From Armatimonadota bacterium (GTDB lineage: Bacteria; Armatimonadota; UBA5829; DSUL01): a stretch of DNA of 64,000 nt. Location: NCBI GenBank assembly GCA_039811685.1, contig JBDHZC010000001.1:416001-480000 (forward strand). Reading direction: 5' to 3'. Shown here one piece after another: positions 10,015 to 18,955 of the stretch. The translations under genes were made by a program, and so were the position numbers. Each line of letters opens with the position of its first letter. The stretch's first letter is position 1. Below the pieces are notes generated by a model that did no database searches, was not told where the DNA came from, and saw only the letters and a program-made list of their open reading frames with translations.

Positions 10015-10806
10015 ATGAAACTATCGTGCCAGGAAGGACTCCTGCCGGGAGCATCTCTGGAGGACAAGCTGACGAACCTCAAGCGGTTCGGCTATGAAGC
10101 TCTTGAAGTGTGGGGAGCCGGATTGGGAGACCGCGTCAGCGAGCTTTCTGCAGCGTCGAAGACGACAAATGTTCCGGTTGGTTCAATATGCGCCGGATTT
10201 AGAGGCTGTCCTCTCGATGCGACCAAAGCCGAACGCGACCTGGCGTGGAATGACATTAAGGACATTTTGAAGGCCGCCGGCAAGCTCGGATCCGTGGGAG
10301 TCATAATGGTGCCAGTCTTCGGCCCCCCACGCCTGCCCGACCTCAGCCCGCTGCAGGACGCTGTCTCTCTTGAGCTTGAGCTGTTTGTCGCCCAACTCAA
10401 AGACGCCGCCCCTGTCGCAGCAGACGCCGGTACACTGATTCTTATCGAACCTCTGAACAGATACGAGACTCACCTCATAAAGACTCTGGAAGATGCAGTG
10501 CGCGTCTGCGAGCGCGTGGATCACCCAAGCGTGAGAATAATGGCAGACTTCTTCCACATGTCTATCGAGGAGGCTGATATCCCTGCTGCAATCCGAAAGG
10601 CGGGTGACTGGATAGCGCATGTCCATCTGGCGGACAGCAACCGCCTGCTTCCGGGGCTCGGCCATACGGATTTCAGGAGCGGATTTGCGGCCCTCAAGGA
10701 CATTGGCTTTGACGGCTTTATGGCTCTGGAATGTGGAGTGCCCGAGCCTGCCAATGATTCGCTCACAAAATCAGCACAGTACCTCAAGAGCTGCCTGCCG
10801 GCTTAG
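10015..10806 (+). CDS. Sugar phosphate isomerase/epimerase (TIM barrel)
   Basis: IEPLNRYE, DFFHM.IEE, HVHLADSNR..PG.GH, ALEC. Confidence 0.9.
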   Translation: MKLSCQEGLLPGASLEDKLTNLKRFGYEALEVWGAGLGDRVSELSAASKTTNVPVGSICAGFRGCPLDATKAERDLAWNDIKDILKAAGKLGSVGVIMVPVFGPPRLPDLSPLQDAVSLELELFVAQLKDAAPVAADAGTLILIEPLNRYETHLIKTLEDAVRVCERVDHPSVRIMADFFHMSIEEADIPAAIRKAGDWIAHVHLADSNRLLPGLGHTDFRSGFAALKDIGFDGFMALECGVPEPANDSLTKSAQYLKSCLPA

Positions 10807-10826
10807 TCCGCACAGGGTGAAATGTG

Positions 10827-10858
10827 AAAAGACCCGGCCTGCGTAATGCCGGGTCTTT
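10827..10858. terminator. Bidirectional intrinsic terminator
   Basis: AAAAGACCCGGC-loop-GCCGGGTCTTT between convergent genes. Confidence 0.8.
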
Positions 10859-10885
10859 ACTCTTGTTATCGTATGACTCTTGCGA

Positions 10886-11128
10886 CTACTGCGCCACGTA
10901 GGGCAACAGCGCAATGTGGCGAGCTCTCTTCACAGCGGCGGCCATCATTCGCTGATGCCTGGCGCAGTTGCCCGAGGACTGCCGGGGCAAAATCTTGCCC
11001 CTATCTGACAAATATCGTCGCAATCGACCCACGTTCTTGTAGTCAATGATCTCAATGTGGTCAACGCAGAAAGCGCAGACTTTGCGGCGCGGGCGTCGAA
11101 ACTTCCCGCCTCTTTTTGGTGGTGGCAC
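10886..11128 (-). CDS. rpsR: 30S ribosomal protein S18 (Zn-binding form)
   Basis: [43 protein letters not shown]. Confidence 0.98.
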   Translation of the reverse strand: MPPPKRGGKFRRPRRKVCAFCVDHIEIIDYKNVGRLRRYLSDRGKILPRQSSGNCARHQRMMAAAVKRARHIALLPYVAQ

Positions 11129-11196
11129 TGTTTTATCGATCCTCCTTAGAAACTGTAGTGGTCAACAGACAATCGTCGACGGAACAACCTTTGGCT

Positions 11197-11634
11197 CTAC
11201 TCATCATGAAACGGATCATCTTCGTAGGCGCCTACATCGGTAAACTCCGCTTCTCCCTCAGACGGGCTTGGCGCTGGTGAATACCCGCTGCCTGCAGGCG
11301 CACTGCCCTCACGCGGACGGTCCAGTCCCTGCAGGTTGTCCGCGACAATCTCAGCACTGCGGCGCTTTGTGCCGTCTTGAGCGACCCAATCCCGTATCTG
11401 TAGCCGGCCTTCTACGGCGACCAGACGGCCCTTAGTAAGATAGTTGGAGGCAAACTCCGCAGATTGACGCCATGCGACAACGTCAATGAAGTCAGTCTGT
11501 TTCTCACCGTCGCGCGTCTTCCGATTGCGATCTACAGCGACACCCATCTGGGCGACCGGGATGCCGTCTGCCGTGTATCGCAGCTCGGGGTCGCGAGTCA
11601 GCCGGCCAATAATAATGATCCTGTTCAGCATCAA
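11197..11634 (-). CDS. ssb: Single-stranded DNA-binding protein
   Basis: IGRLTRDPELRYT, TDFIDVVAW, KGRLVAVEGRLQ, acidic DDPF tail. Confidence 0.98.
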   Translation of the reverse strand: MMLNRIIIIGRLTRDPELRYTADGIPVAQMGVAVDRNRKTRDGEKQTDFIDVVAWRQSAEFASNYLTKGRLVAVEGRLQIRDWVAQDGTKRRSAEIVADNLQGLDRPREGSAPAGSGYSPAPSPSEGEAEFTDVGAYEDDPFHDE

Positions 11635-11651
11635 ACGCTCCTTTGCGTCTC

Positions 11652-12272
11652 TCAGGCCTCTTCGGTCGCCGGAGCTTCCGGCTCGCTATCACCAGCGCTC
11701 TCATCAGGGGCAGGCTCTGAGGCGGCTTGCTCTTCGGCAGCGGGTTCCGCCGTCTCAACCACTTCGGCCTGACTATCCGGCGCTGGCGACTCGTCCGGCG
11801 TCGATTCCGCCTGCTCTCCCGATGGAGTCTCAGTCTGCTCGGCTCCTTCACCACCCTCAGGAGGTGCTTCGGTGGACTCAGGACGTGGAGCGGAATCGCG
11901 GCGCCCTCGAGATCGGCGATCGTCGTAGTCATCAGGTCCGCGCTCAGGAAGCTCTTCCGGCACCGTATCGGTGGCGGTCGGGTCAAGGTCTTCAGCGCGG
12001 ACAATCAGATGTCTGATGATATGCTCTGAAAACTTCAGCGCCCGGTCGAGTTCGTTGACGGCCTCTGGTTCGGAGTTGAACCGCACCTGAATATAAACGC
12101 CTTCGCGCACGCGGTCAATCTCGTACGCCAGACGGCGGCGGCCCCAGAGGTTGGTGGAAAGAAGTTCTGCGCCGTTTTCATTCAACACTGACTGAAAGCG
12201 AGCAGACAGGTCATCGATCTGCTCATCGGCAACCTGAGGGTGTACAATGTACAGACACTCGTATTCTCGCAA
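11652..12272 (-). CDS. rpsF: 30S ribosomal protein S6 with long acidic extension
   Basis: REYE.LYI..P, WGRRRLAYEI, IIRHLIV; rpsF-ssb-rpsR synteny; TTG start after GGAGGT. Confidence 0.96.
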   Translation of the reverse strand: MREYECLYIVHPQVADEQIDDLSARFQSVLNENGAELLSTNLWGRRRLAYEIDRVREGVYIQVRFNSEPEAVNELDRALKFSEHIIRHLIVRAEDLDPTATDTVPEELPERGPDDYDDRRSRGRRDSAPRPESTEAPPEGGEGAEQTETPSGEQAESTPDESPAPDSQAEVVETAEPAAEEQAASEPAPDESAGDSEPEAPATEEA

Positions 12273-12274
12273 AT

Positions 12275-12340
12275 ATACCTCCCATGGATCGTTGCTAGCT
12301 CACGAGCCCGGCGCTGCGAGCGCTCCGGGCGGGAAGCAGC
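12275..12340 (-). promoter_or_regulatory. Candidate S6:S18 autoregulatory mRNA leader
   Basis: On the sense strand CUUCCC can pair with the SD GGGAGG, enclosing a GCCCGG/CCGGGC hairpin. Position matches the known rpsF leader class. Confidence 0.5.
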
Positions 12341-12582
12341 AGAATGTGAAGTTGTCGGCAGCCCCACATTGTCAATAGGGAGCCGCACCTAACGATTATG
12401 CCCGATATGTGCGAGGTTCGCTACACGCGAAAGACCAGTTCATGGACAGGGCGAGATAATCGTGTACGCAGGAATCACTAACAGATGTTCTAGACGGCTG
12501 CGACTGATCTAGAGCCCCGCAGTGCTACCTGGAAACAACGTAGAAACGTCTACAGCAGGCTTCGCCACGCTATAATGGATAT

Positions 12583-13287
12583 ATGCGACCCACTCTAGCC
12601 ACTCTTACGTGTCTTCTTCTGTTTCCATGTGGTGTTCCTGGAAATACCACGCCAGCAGAACACAGTGCAACACCGCCAAAATGCATCAAAGTGAACATTA
12701 CAGACGTCACGAACGGCGCCTCTATGTCCGTACGCCCTCGCGCGCAGACATCAGCTTCGCATCCCACGCTGTCTTCGCGCGTGAAATGGTTACAGTGCAC
12801 AGATCAGTCTTCTCGTTTTCAGGTGGACGTGCCGGCGTCGTGGAGCTTCACGATGGAGCCGGACCAAGACGCGGTAAGACGTACTTACTATGCTCCAGAG
12901 TATCATGCGTCTGTTATGCTTGAAGTGGGTGAGATGAGCGCCGATTCGCCAAGGCGCATCTGGGAGTCACGCGACCGGCAACTGCGCAACGTATTCCCGA
13001 AGAGTTATATCCTGGATTCCATCACGTCTGGGATGCTGGGAGGTCAGGCTGCTTCAATCTGGACGTATACAATCCAGGATGCTGGTGGAAAAGTCCTGCG
13101 GAAGAGGGATATTGCCGTGCAGAGCAAGAAGAGGCTGTACACTCTCCGTTTTTGTGCTCCGGCAGATACGTTTTCAAAATGGCAGGAAGTCTTTGACCAC
13201 ATTGAGAAGAGCTACCGTTTTCTGGCCGAGGACCGCCCGAGTGGACGCGTACTCACAGCCTGGGCACAGCTAGACTGCGCTCTATGA
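12583..13287 (+). CDS. Secreted PsbP/Mog1-like hypothetical protein
   Basis: Signal-peptide-like N-terminus; FQVDVPASW...LGGQAA...YTLRF...FDHIEKSYRF pattern; TATAAT 6 nt before the ATG. Confidence 0.55.
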   Translation: MRPTLATLTCLLLFPCGVPGNTTPAEHSATPPKCIKVNITDVTNGASMSVRPRAQTSASHPTLSSRVKWLQCTDQSSRFQVDVPASWSFTMEPDQDAVRRTYYAPEYHASVMLEVGEMSADSPRRIWESRDRQLRNVFPKSYILDSITSGMLGGQAASIWTYTIQDAGGKVLRKRDIAVQSKKRLYTLRFCAPADTFSKWQEVFDHIEKSYRFLAEDRPSGRVLTAWAQLDCAL

Positions 13288-13853
13288 CACAAGACCCACC
13301 TGTTATTTTGTCCCTTTTTGTTGGACTTCCCCGGACTGTAACAACAAACGGACAGACCTGGCGCTCCGGAATCTGGAAAGAATCTGTCGAAGGGCCGGTC
13401 TATCTCTCCAGAACATCGCTTGAAGGGGATGCCGTTGCCGATACGAAAGCGCACGGTGGCCCAGACAAAGCAGTCTTAGCCTATTCAGTACACCACTACG
13501 ACTACTGGCGTGAGGTGTTTGGCAGAATACTGCCTATAGGCTCCTTCGGCGAGAACTTCACAGTCTCCGGAATGACGGAGGCTTCAATTCATCCTGGCGA
13601 TATCTTTGAGGTGGGACAGGCATTAATCCAGGTCTCGCAACCGCGAGTCCCGTGCTGGAAGCTTGCCCGACGGCTTGAGCGTGAAACAATCATTCAAGAG
13701 ATTATCTACACTGGATACTCGGGTTGGTACTTTCGCGTCCTGCAGGAGGGAAAGGTTCAGGCAGGCGATATTCTGCTGCTCAAGGAGGCTGCTGACGCTC
13801 CAACAGTGAGTGAGGTAAGCGAGGCAAAGTACCGCACCAAAGGCTTGCTCTGA
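13284..13853 (+). CDS. MOSC-domain protein (YiiM-like)
   Basis: HGGPDKAV, FGEN, QVSQPRVPCWKL, GWYFRVL.EG. Confidence 0.92.
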   Translation: MTQDPPVILSLFVGLPRTVTTNGQTWRSGIWKESVEGPVYLSRTSLEGDAVADTKAHGGPDKAVLAYSVHHYDYWREVFGRILPIGSFGENFTVSGMTEASIHPGDIFEVGQALIQVSQPRVPCWKLARRLERETIIQEIIYTGYSGWYFRVLQEGKVQAGDILLLKEAADAPTVSEVSEAKYRTKGLL

Positions 13854-13884
13854 TTCTACGCAGCCAGTCCGACGCTGGGCGCCA

Positions 13885-16800
13885 CTACAGAGGCTCGATA
13901 TCAGAAGCGCGCCGAGCCAGAAGAACGTTCTGAATTTCTCCAGTCTCGCTGGACTCAGTGGTGCGAATCCCCGTAACCTTCACATAGGATCCAATCACCG
14001 GAATATCCTTCGAGTACACTTTGATCCTCAGCGCTCCAGTTTGTCCATTCTCGAGGAAGAAGTATGTTGAATCACCAGCGCTCACGCGTCCCGCAGCGCT
14101 CACAAGCAGCGCATGTGTGTCCGGCCGAGGTGCAAGCAGCGCCTGACCCATGATAAACGGCGGCTTAACAGGGGTCGCGGCCCCTGAGGGGACAACTGCG
14201 TCCGCATTCACGTATCTCTCGCCGTTTGACGCCGTAACGATCTCGCCGGCTACGGTCACTCTCGCGTTCTCAGAAGGAAAGTCTCCACTCCACTGAACCT
14301 TGATGCCTGAAGAGCGATCAGGATTCTCTACGTAGAACACGCCTCTGTCCGCAAAGACCGCAGTCACAACGCGCTCGTCAATTGAGACATGAGTGCCGTC
14401 TGGGAGCTTCTTCAGGGACCCTATGCTCGTATACACCGGACTGGCGATGCCCGGAGTGAATACGAAGCTGGTAACGGAGTGTGCCGGAAAGCTGTACTCG
14501 GAGCCGTTCACAAAGGTGATAGTAGATTTCTTTGGTCTAACCCGTTGCGTATTTGTTACGTCGTTGTAGTCCCACGGGCTCGCGGAACTGAGCTCCCAGA
14601 CACCTGCGGTGTACGCTCCTGTGGGGTTATTCGCAGCATTAGTCAGATTGATAACAGCAGAATGTGAGCTGGACATGTCTTTGTTGATAACCATCAGATA
14701 AAGCCCGCCCTCCGAGTCTTTTCCGCCGATGGCTGTCAACGCCGAAATACTCCGAGTCGTTTCAAGCATGCTCAGGGAGTCAGCAGAAAAGTCAAATGTC
14801 GGCGACCCAACAACTCTTGTTTCCGTGAGCGCCTCTCCGAGTCTCGTCGCAAACATCTGCATCACATAGTAAAGCGGATTCTTTACGACCACATCGTAAA
14901 TTGACGTAACATTGAAACAGCTCATGGGATTTCCAAGTGTCACACCCTGCCCCATCCCGTCCATCAATGGGAACAGCGCAGACGATTCCACAAACGCCCG
15001 GTTTTCAACGAGCACGCGCTGAATGTCAGCGGCAGCTATCCCTGCCATAAGCGTCCGGCTCTTGGAATAGTTTCCGGTACCGCTCGGCACACCACTATCC
15101 CATCCGAAATTGACATTCCACTCACTTAACCTGAGCTTGTAGCCCGGATTGGCATTTGGCAGTGTGAGACCTAGAAGGTCCCTAAGCCCCTTAATGCGCG
15201 CATCCGCCACTGCGCTGGCTGCCATAGTCTCCAGGTACAGCTGTTGAAGATCAGTTTGTTGCCGGCTGAAGGGCAGATAGAGATGAGCCTGAGTCCTGTC
15301 CAGATCTGATGGCAACTGTTGGAAAATGAACTGAAGGTTTTGACGCGCGGGATCAGTCAACTTCATCTGTCCATCAAGATAGGCGTACACACTGACCTTG
15401 ATCGACGGGTCTACTGCCCGCATGCGCGTTACGTAATCGGTCATAGCGGTGACGAAAGCGCCTCGAGTATCCGGCGGAGGATTGCCTCCGTAAGGATCTC
15501 CACCGAAAGGCTCATTGGCAATTTCGAATAACCGCACGTTGTACGGCATTGGATGCCCGTTGGCTGCCCTGATCTGCGCCCAGTCAACACCTCCGTTAGG
15601 GTTCGTACCATCATTCGGAGAGTTGCAATACTCTACGAGATCAACAGCGTCTTCAACCGCCGCATTGTACGCTCCGGCAGACGTTGGCGGGTCCATTGGA
15701 GCAGGCGGTGATCCGGGCCACCGGAATCGCAGTGTCAGGAGAGGTTCGATGTTCCTGGCTTCACAATACTGGAGAAACTCATCCAGCCCGAACTTGACGA
15801 CTTCGGACACTCCAGACAGTTGATCACAATCGTTGGTGTACATGGGTGGCCTCAGGTTGACTGGGCCGATTGTCTGCTTCCAGTAGAAGGTGTCCGCAAA
15901 GCAGCCACCTGGGTACCTCAAAAGACCCACATTGAGTTCGTCCAGGGCATTTTGGACGATACTAGGCAGCGCTTTGGTGCCGGGATCGTAAATCTGACTC
16001 CAGTAGAGCCACAGCGAATTGTATCCCAGTAAGTTCGAGGGAAAAGCGCCAAGCGACGTCCCCGCATCAAGATTGACCCTGGGACGCACATCTTTCTTGA
16101 TGCCGAGATTGTCCACCCAACACTCAACACCATCGTTCCAGTCGCTGGAGACACAAGCATTCGTTACAACTCGAACTCCGAGGTCGTAAGTACCGTCAGA
16201 AAATGCAGCGTAAGTATGCTCCAGCCCATCAAACGCGTTGTCATCGACGCCGTCCAGGACCCAGTCCGCATCCGAGCTGGAACTGCCAGGACGCCAGTAG
16301 AACTCTGCCCGGTTCGGAGTGAACGGATCTCGCGCTGTGTTACTGCTGGGGATCTCCACCGGGTAGTTGATTACTTTGAGTTGCGGAGTCGTGTTGCTGA
16401 TCACTGCCCCTGGCGGATACGCGTCTTTGTCCACGGAAAACACAGCTTTGGTTGTCGAACGCATCAACCTGATCCACGCAATTTCGATATGCGTGTTTTT
16501 TCGAGTGCTTGGGGCGACCATTATCCGACGAAGACTTCCGCCGCACAGAGGGTGATCTCCTAAGAGAACATTGTAAACGCGCCACTGGTTGTCTCCGTAG
16601 CTGCGAAATCTTACAGCACGGTTGCCGGAAAAATCTGGTTGATCGAGTCTCGTCCAGTACACAGCGCCGTAACTTTGAGGAAATGTACCTCCTGCCACGT
16701 CTCTGATCCGGGCCTTTATCTGGACATACGCGCTACAGGTGAGCGGGATATCTCCGGGTATGAAGTCAGCGCTGATAATTCCGAAATTCGAGGCGTCCGA

Positions 16801-16986
16801 CGTATCGCCCGACCAGTAGCCGTCGCCGACCTGCACATTCAGCCATGGAGGTGGCGTTCCTGTGGTGGCTTTCCACCCCAGATCCTCTCCCACGGATGAA
16901 AAAGTCCAGTCACTATCGACGATGTCGGCATGAGCGGCAATCGAGAGCAAGCACAGAAGCAGTGTGACGCGACAAAAAAGCTGCAA
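13885..16986 (-). CDS. Secreted multidomain GH51-like glycoside hydrolase (alpha-L-arabinofuranosidase-like)
   Basis: Signal peptide; LRYPGGCFAD.F.W...IGP, FGLDEF, EIANEP (acid/base), LSEWN (nucleophile), FPAHSVT; extra N-terminal beta module and C-terminal two-repeat domain. Confidence 0.82.
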   Translation of the reverse strand: MQLFCRVTLLLCLLSIAAHADIVDSDWTFSSVGEDLGWKATTGTPPPWLNVQVGDGYWSGDTSDASNFGIISADFIPGDIPLTCSAYVQIKARIRDVAGGTFPQSYGAVYWTRLDQPDFSGNRAVRFRSYGDNQWRVYNVLLGDHPLCGGSLRRIMVAPSTRKNTHIEIAWIRLMRSTTKAVFSVDKDAYPPGAVISNTTPQLKVINYPVEIPSSNTARDPFTPNRAEFYWRPGSSSSDADWVLDGVDDNAFDGLEHTYAAFSDGTYDLGVRVVTNACVSSDWNDGVECWVDNLGIKKDVRPRVNLDAGTSLGAFPSNLLGYNSLWLYWSQIYDPGTKALPSIVQNALDELNVGLLRYPGGCFADTFYWKQTIGPVNLRPPMYTNDCDQLSGVSEVVKFGLDEFLQYCEARNIEPLLTLRFRWPGSPPAPMDPPTSAGAYNAAVEDAVDLVEYCNSPNDGTNPNGGVDWAQIRAANGHPMPYNVRLFEIANEPFGGDPYGGNPPPDTRGAFVTAMTDYVTRMRAVDPSIKVSVYAYLDGQMKLTDPARQNLQFIFQQLPSDLDRTQAHLYLPFSRQQTDLQQLYLETMAASAVADARIKGLRDLLGLTLPNANPGYKLRLSEWNVNFGWDSGVPSGTGNYSKSRTLMAGIAAADIQRVLVENRAFVESSALFPLMDGMGQGVTLGNPMSCFNVTSIYDVVVKNPLYYVMQMFATRLGEALTETRVVGSPTFDFSADSLSMLETTRSISALTAIGGKDSEGGLYLMVINKDMSSSHSAVINLTNAANNPTGAYTAGVWELSSASPWDYNDVTNTQRVRPKKSTITFVNGSEYSFPAHSVTSFVFTPGIASPVYTSIGSLKKLPDGTHVSIDERVVTAVFADRGVFYVENPDRSSGIKVQWSGDFPSENARVTVAGEIVTASNGERYVNADAVVPSGAATPVKPPFIMGQALLAPRPDTHALLVSAAGRVSAGDSTYFFLENGQTGALRIKVYSKDIPVIGSYVKVTGIRTTESSETGEIQNVLLARRASDIEPL

Positions 16987-17344
16987 TGCGATCCCTCTTC
17001 AACCCAGCACGCAAACACCCGGAAAGAGTCCAGAACAGGGACCAACCTGGAAAAGAGTTTGGGGCTGAATTGTCAGCGTAAGAGCCGGGGCCAGCGCGGG
17101 GATAAGCTCTTTGCGAGTCCATCAACACATTTATCAGTAATGATGCACCCGTCAAAATAACAGGTATATCTGCTCCGTGTCAAATTTGCCGAGCAACGGA
17201 GCCCTGTCCGAAGACCCCCATGGCAGCTTCTCTATCAATCGTGGGGTGACCAAAAAGTGTGGAAAACAGTATAATCCTGTGAGAAGATCGATTGGCACTC
17301 AGTGGGCAGATGAGGCCGCAAAGCGGCGTAACCAGAGAAGCTGG

Positions 17345-17560
17345 CTACACCGCTCGCAAGACTTTGCCAGCCTTCAGACACCGGGTGCACACTTTCAGGC
17401 GAGTCGGTGTCCCTTTGACCAGCGTGTGGACAGTCTGTAGATTCGGACGCCACTGATTCTTTGTACGGGGGGCTCGCAGCGCCCAGGAGCCAGAGTGGCG
17501 GTGTCGAATGTTCTGACCGTGCTGAGATCCCTTGCCACAGATTGCGCAGTTTCCTGCCAT
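17345..17560 (-). CDS. rpmB: 50S ribosomal protein L28 (Zn-ribbon form)
   Basis: CAICGK...G.NI...T...WRPNLQ...VCTRCLK; AAGGA SD before ATG 17560. Confidence 0.95.
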   Translation of the reverse strand: MAGNCAICGKGSQHGQNIRHRHSGSWALRAPRTKNQWRPNLQTVHTLVKGTPTRLKVCTRCLKAGKVLRAV

Positions 17561-17722
17561 TACTAGTCCTTTCAACGCGGGGATATGACCGCGTCAAGTT
17601 GATTTTTCGATATGCGCTGCGCGCGTACGCAAGCCCGTGAAAAAAACGAGCCGGCTCAGTATGATAGCACAGTCGCCAACCCAGGCGCAACGCAAGTCAA
17701 GCGCGACGCAGGCGCATTCATT

Positions 17723-18913
17723 ATGCCAGATATTGCCAACAGTCCCATAACCGAGTTAGTTCGACGCACGCGTCCACTTCAGCCTTTTGACAGTGTAACC
17801 CGCGCCATCTCCTCCATGAGGTCTCACGGCGGCTCGGCAGCGCTGGTGGTATCGGATTATGAGGTGGTCGGGATGGTGCGCGAGGCAGACATCCTGTCGC
17901 TGGTGGCTGCGTCTTCGAACGGAAATGGATACGAACAACAAACCCTGCCCACCATCTCTTCAATCGTGAGGCCAGCCCCTACATACGTCCCGGAAGGAAG
18001 CACTATCCAGGAGGCCACGGGACAGTTCACGGCTACGGGAGCAGATGTGCTGCCAGTGGTCGGGCAAAGCGGAATGTACGTTGGCTATCTACTGCGAAGT
18101 GATCTGACAGCAGCAGTTACGAGCGCGATTCGCCCTCCGACTGTCGGCGGGCTTGCGACACCGCTGGGAGTCCATCTGACCTGCGGCTCGCAACGCGGAG
18201 GCGTGGGAGATTTCGCTCTGATGCTGACCGGAGCCATGTTCGGTCTGCTGGGTGTGCTGGGAGGCGCGCTATACTGGTTGTTGGCCTGGGCGGTACAGCG
18301 ATGGTCTGGACAGCCCGTGTACTCGGCGCTTCTCTCTCCGCCAATCGGAGTTCCCAATCCGTACGATGCGCCGCTTTATCTGCAGGCGTTCGTGCAGGCG
18401 CTGGCCGTTCTGGTTGGTATTCGGTTATCCAGAGTTGCTGGCTACCACGCGGCAGAGCATCAGACAGTCCACGCGATCGAACAGGGAGAAGGCCTGGACT
18501 ACGAGTCGGTCAGGCGCATGCCACGCGTTCATCCGCGGTGCGGGACAAACCTTATGGTGGCGGCCTCCATTTTTACTCTGCTTCTAATGCTCTTCCCGAG
18601 CCCGGCGGTCGTTTTTGTCGCTATAATAATCGTTCTCGTAGGGTGGAGGACTATCGGCGGTTGGATGCAGCAGTACATCACGACACGCCCGGCAACAAAA
18701 GAGCAGATTGCCAGTGGAATCAAAGCTGGGGAGGAGCTGCTTCGGAACTATCGGGACGAGGTGATTGGCATCCGTCCAATCTCAAACAGATTCTGGAATG
18801 TCGGTTTTCCGCAAGTATTGCTTGGGCTGATGGCGGTTATGCTGGCATCTCAGGCGCTCGGAATGGCGATTGAGCGAATCTGGCATATCAGACTTCTATT
18901 CTTGATGGGTTAG
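17723..18913 (+). CDS. CBS-pair + DUF1385 membrane protein
   Basis: Two CBS-like repeats (VGMVREADIL; LPVV....YVG.L.RSDL), then YHAAEHQTVHAIE, HPRCGTN and Q..ITTRP with TM helices. Confidence 0.8.
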   Translation: MPDIANSPITELVRRTRPLQPFDSVTRAISSMRSHGGSAALVVSDYEVVGMVREADILSLVAASSNGNGYEQQTLPTISSIVRPAPTYVPEGSTIQEATGQFTATGADVLPVVGQSGMYVGYLLRSDLTAAVTSAIRPPTVGGLATPLGVHLTCGSQRGGVGDFALMLTGAMFGLLGVLGGALYWLLAWAVQRWSGQPVYSALLSPPIGVPNPYDAPLYLQAFVQALAVLVGIRLSRVAGYHAAEHQTVHAIEQGEGLDYESVRRMPRVHPRCGTNLMVAASIFTLLLMLFPSPAVVFVAIIIVLVGWRTIGGWMQQYITTRPATKEQIASGIKAGEELLRNYRDEVIGIRPISNRFWNVGFPQVLLGLMAVMLASQALGMAIERIWHIRLLFLMG

Positions 18914-18955
18914 CGCGCCGGAGTGCGGCGCAAGGTTTTCGGAAGGATTTCTGTT

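Noticed and set aside
17018..17059. Imperfect direct repeat CC.GGAAA(A)GAGT upstream of the GH51-like gene
   Set aside because: Only two short imperfect copies; too weak to call an operator.
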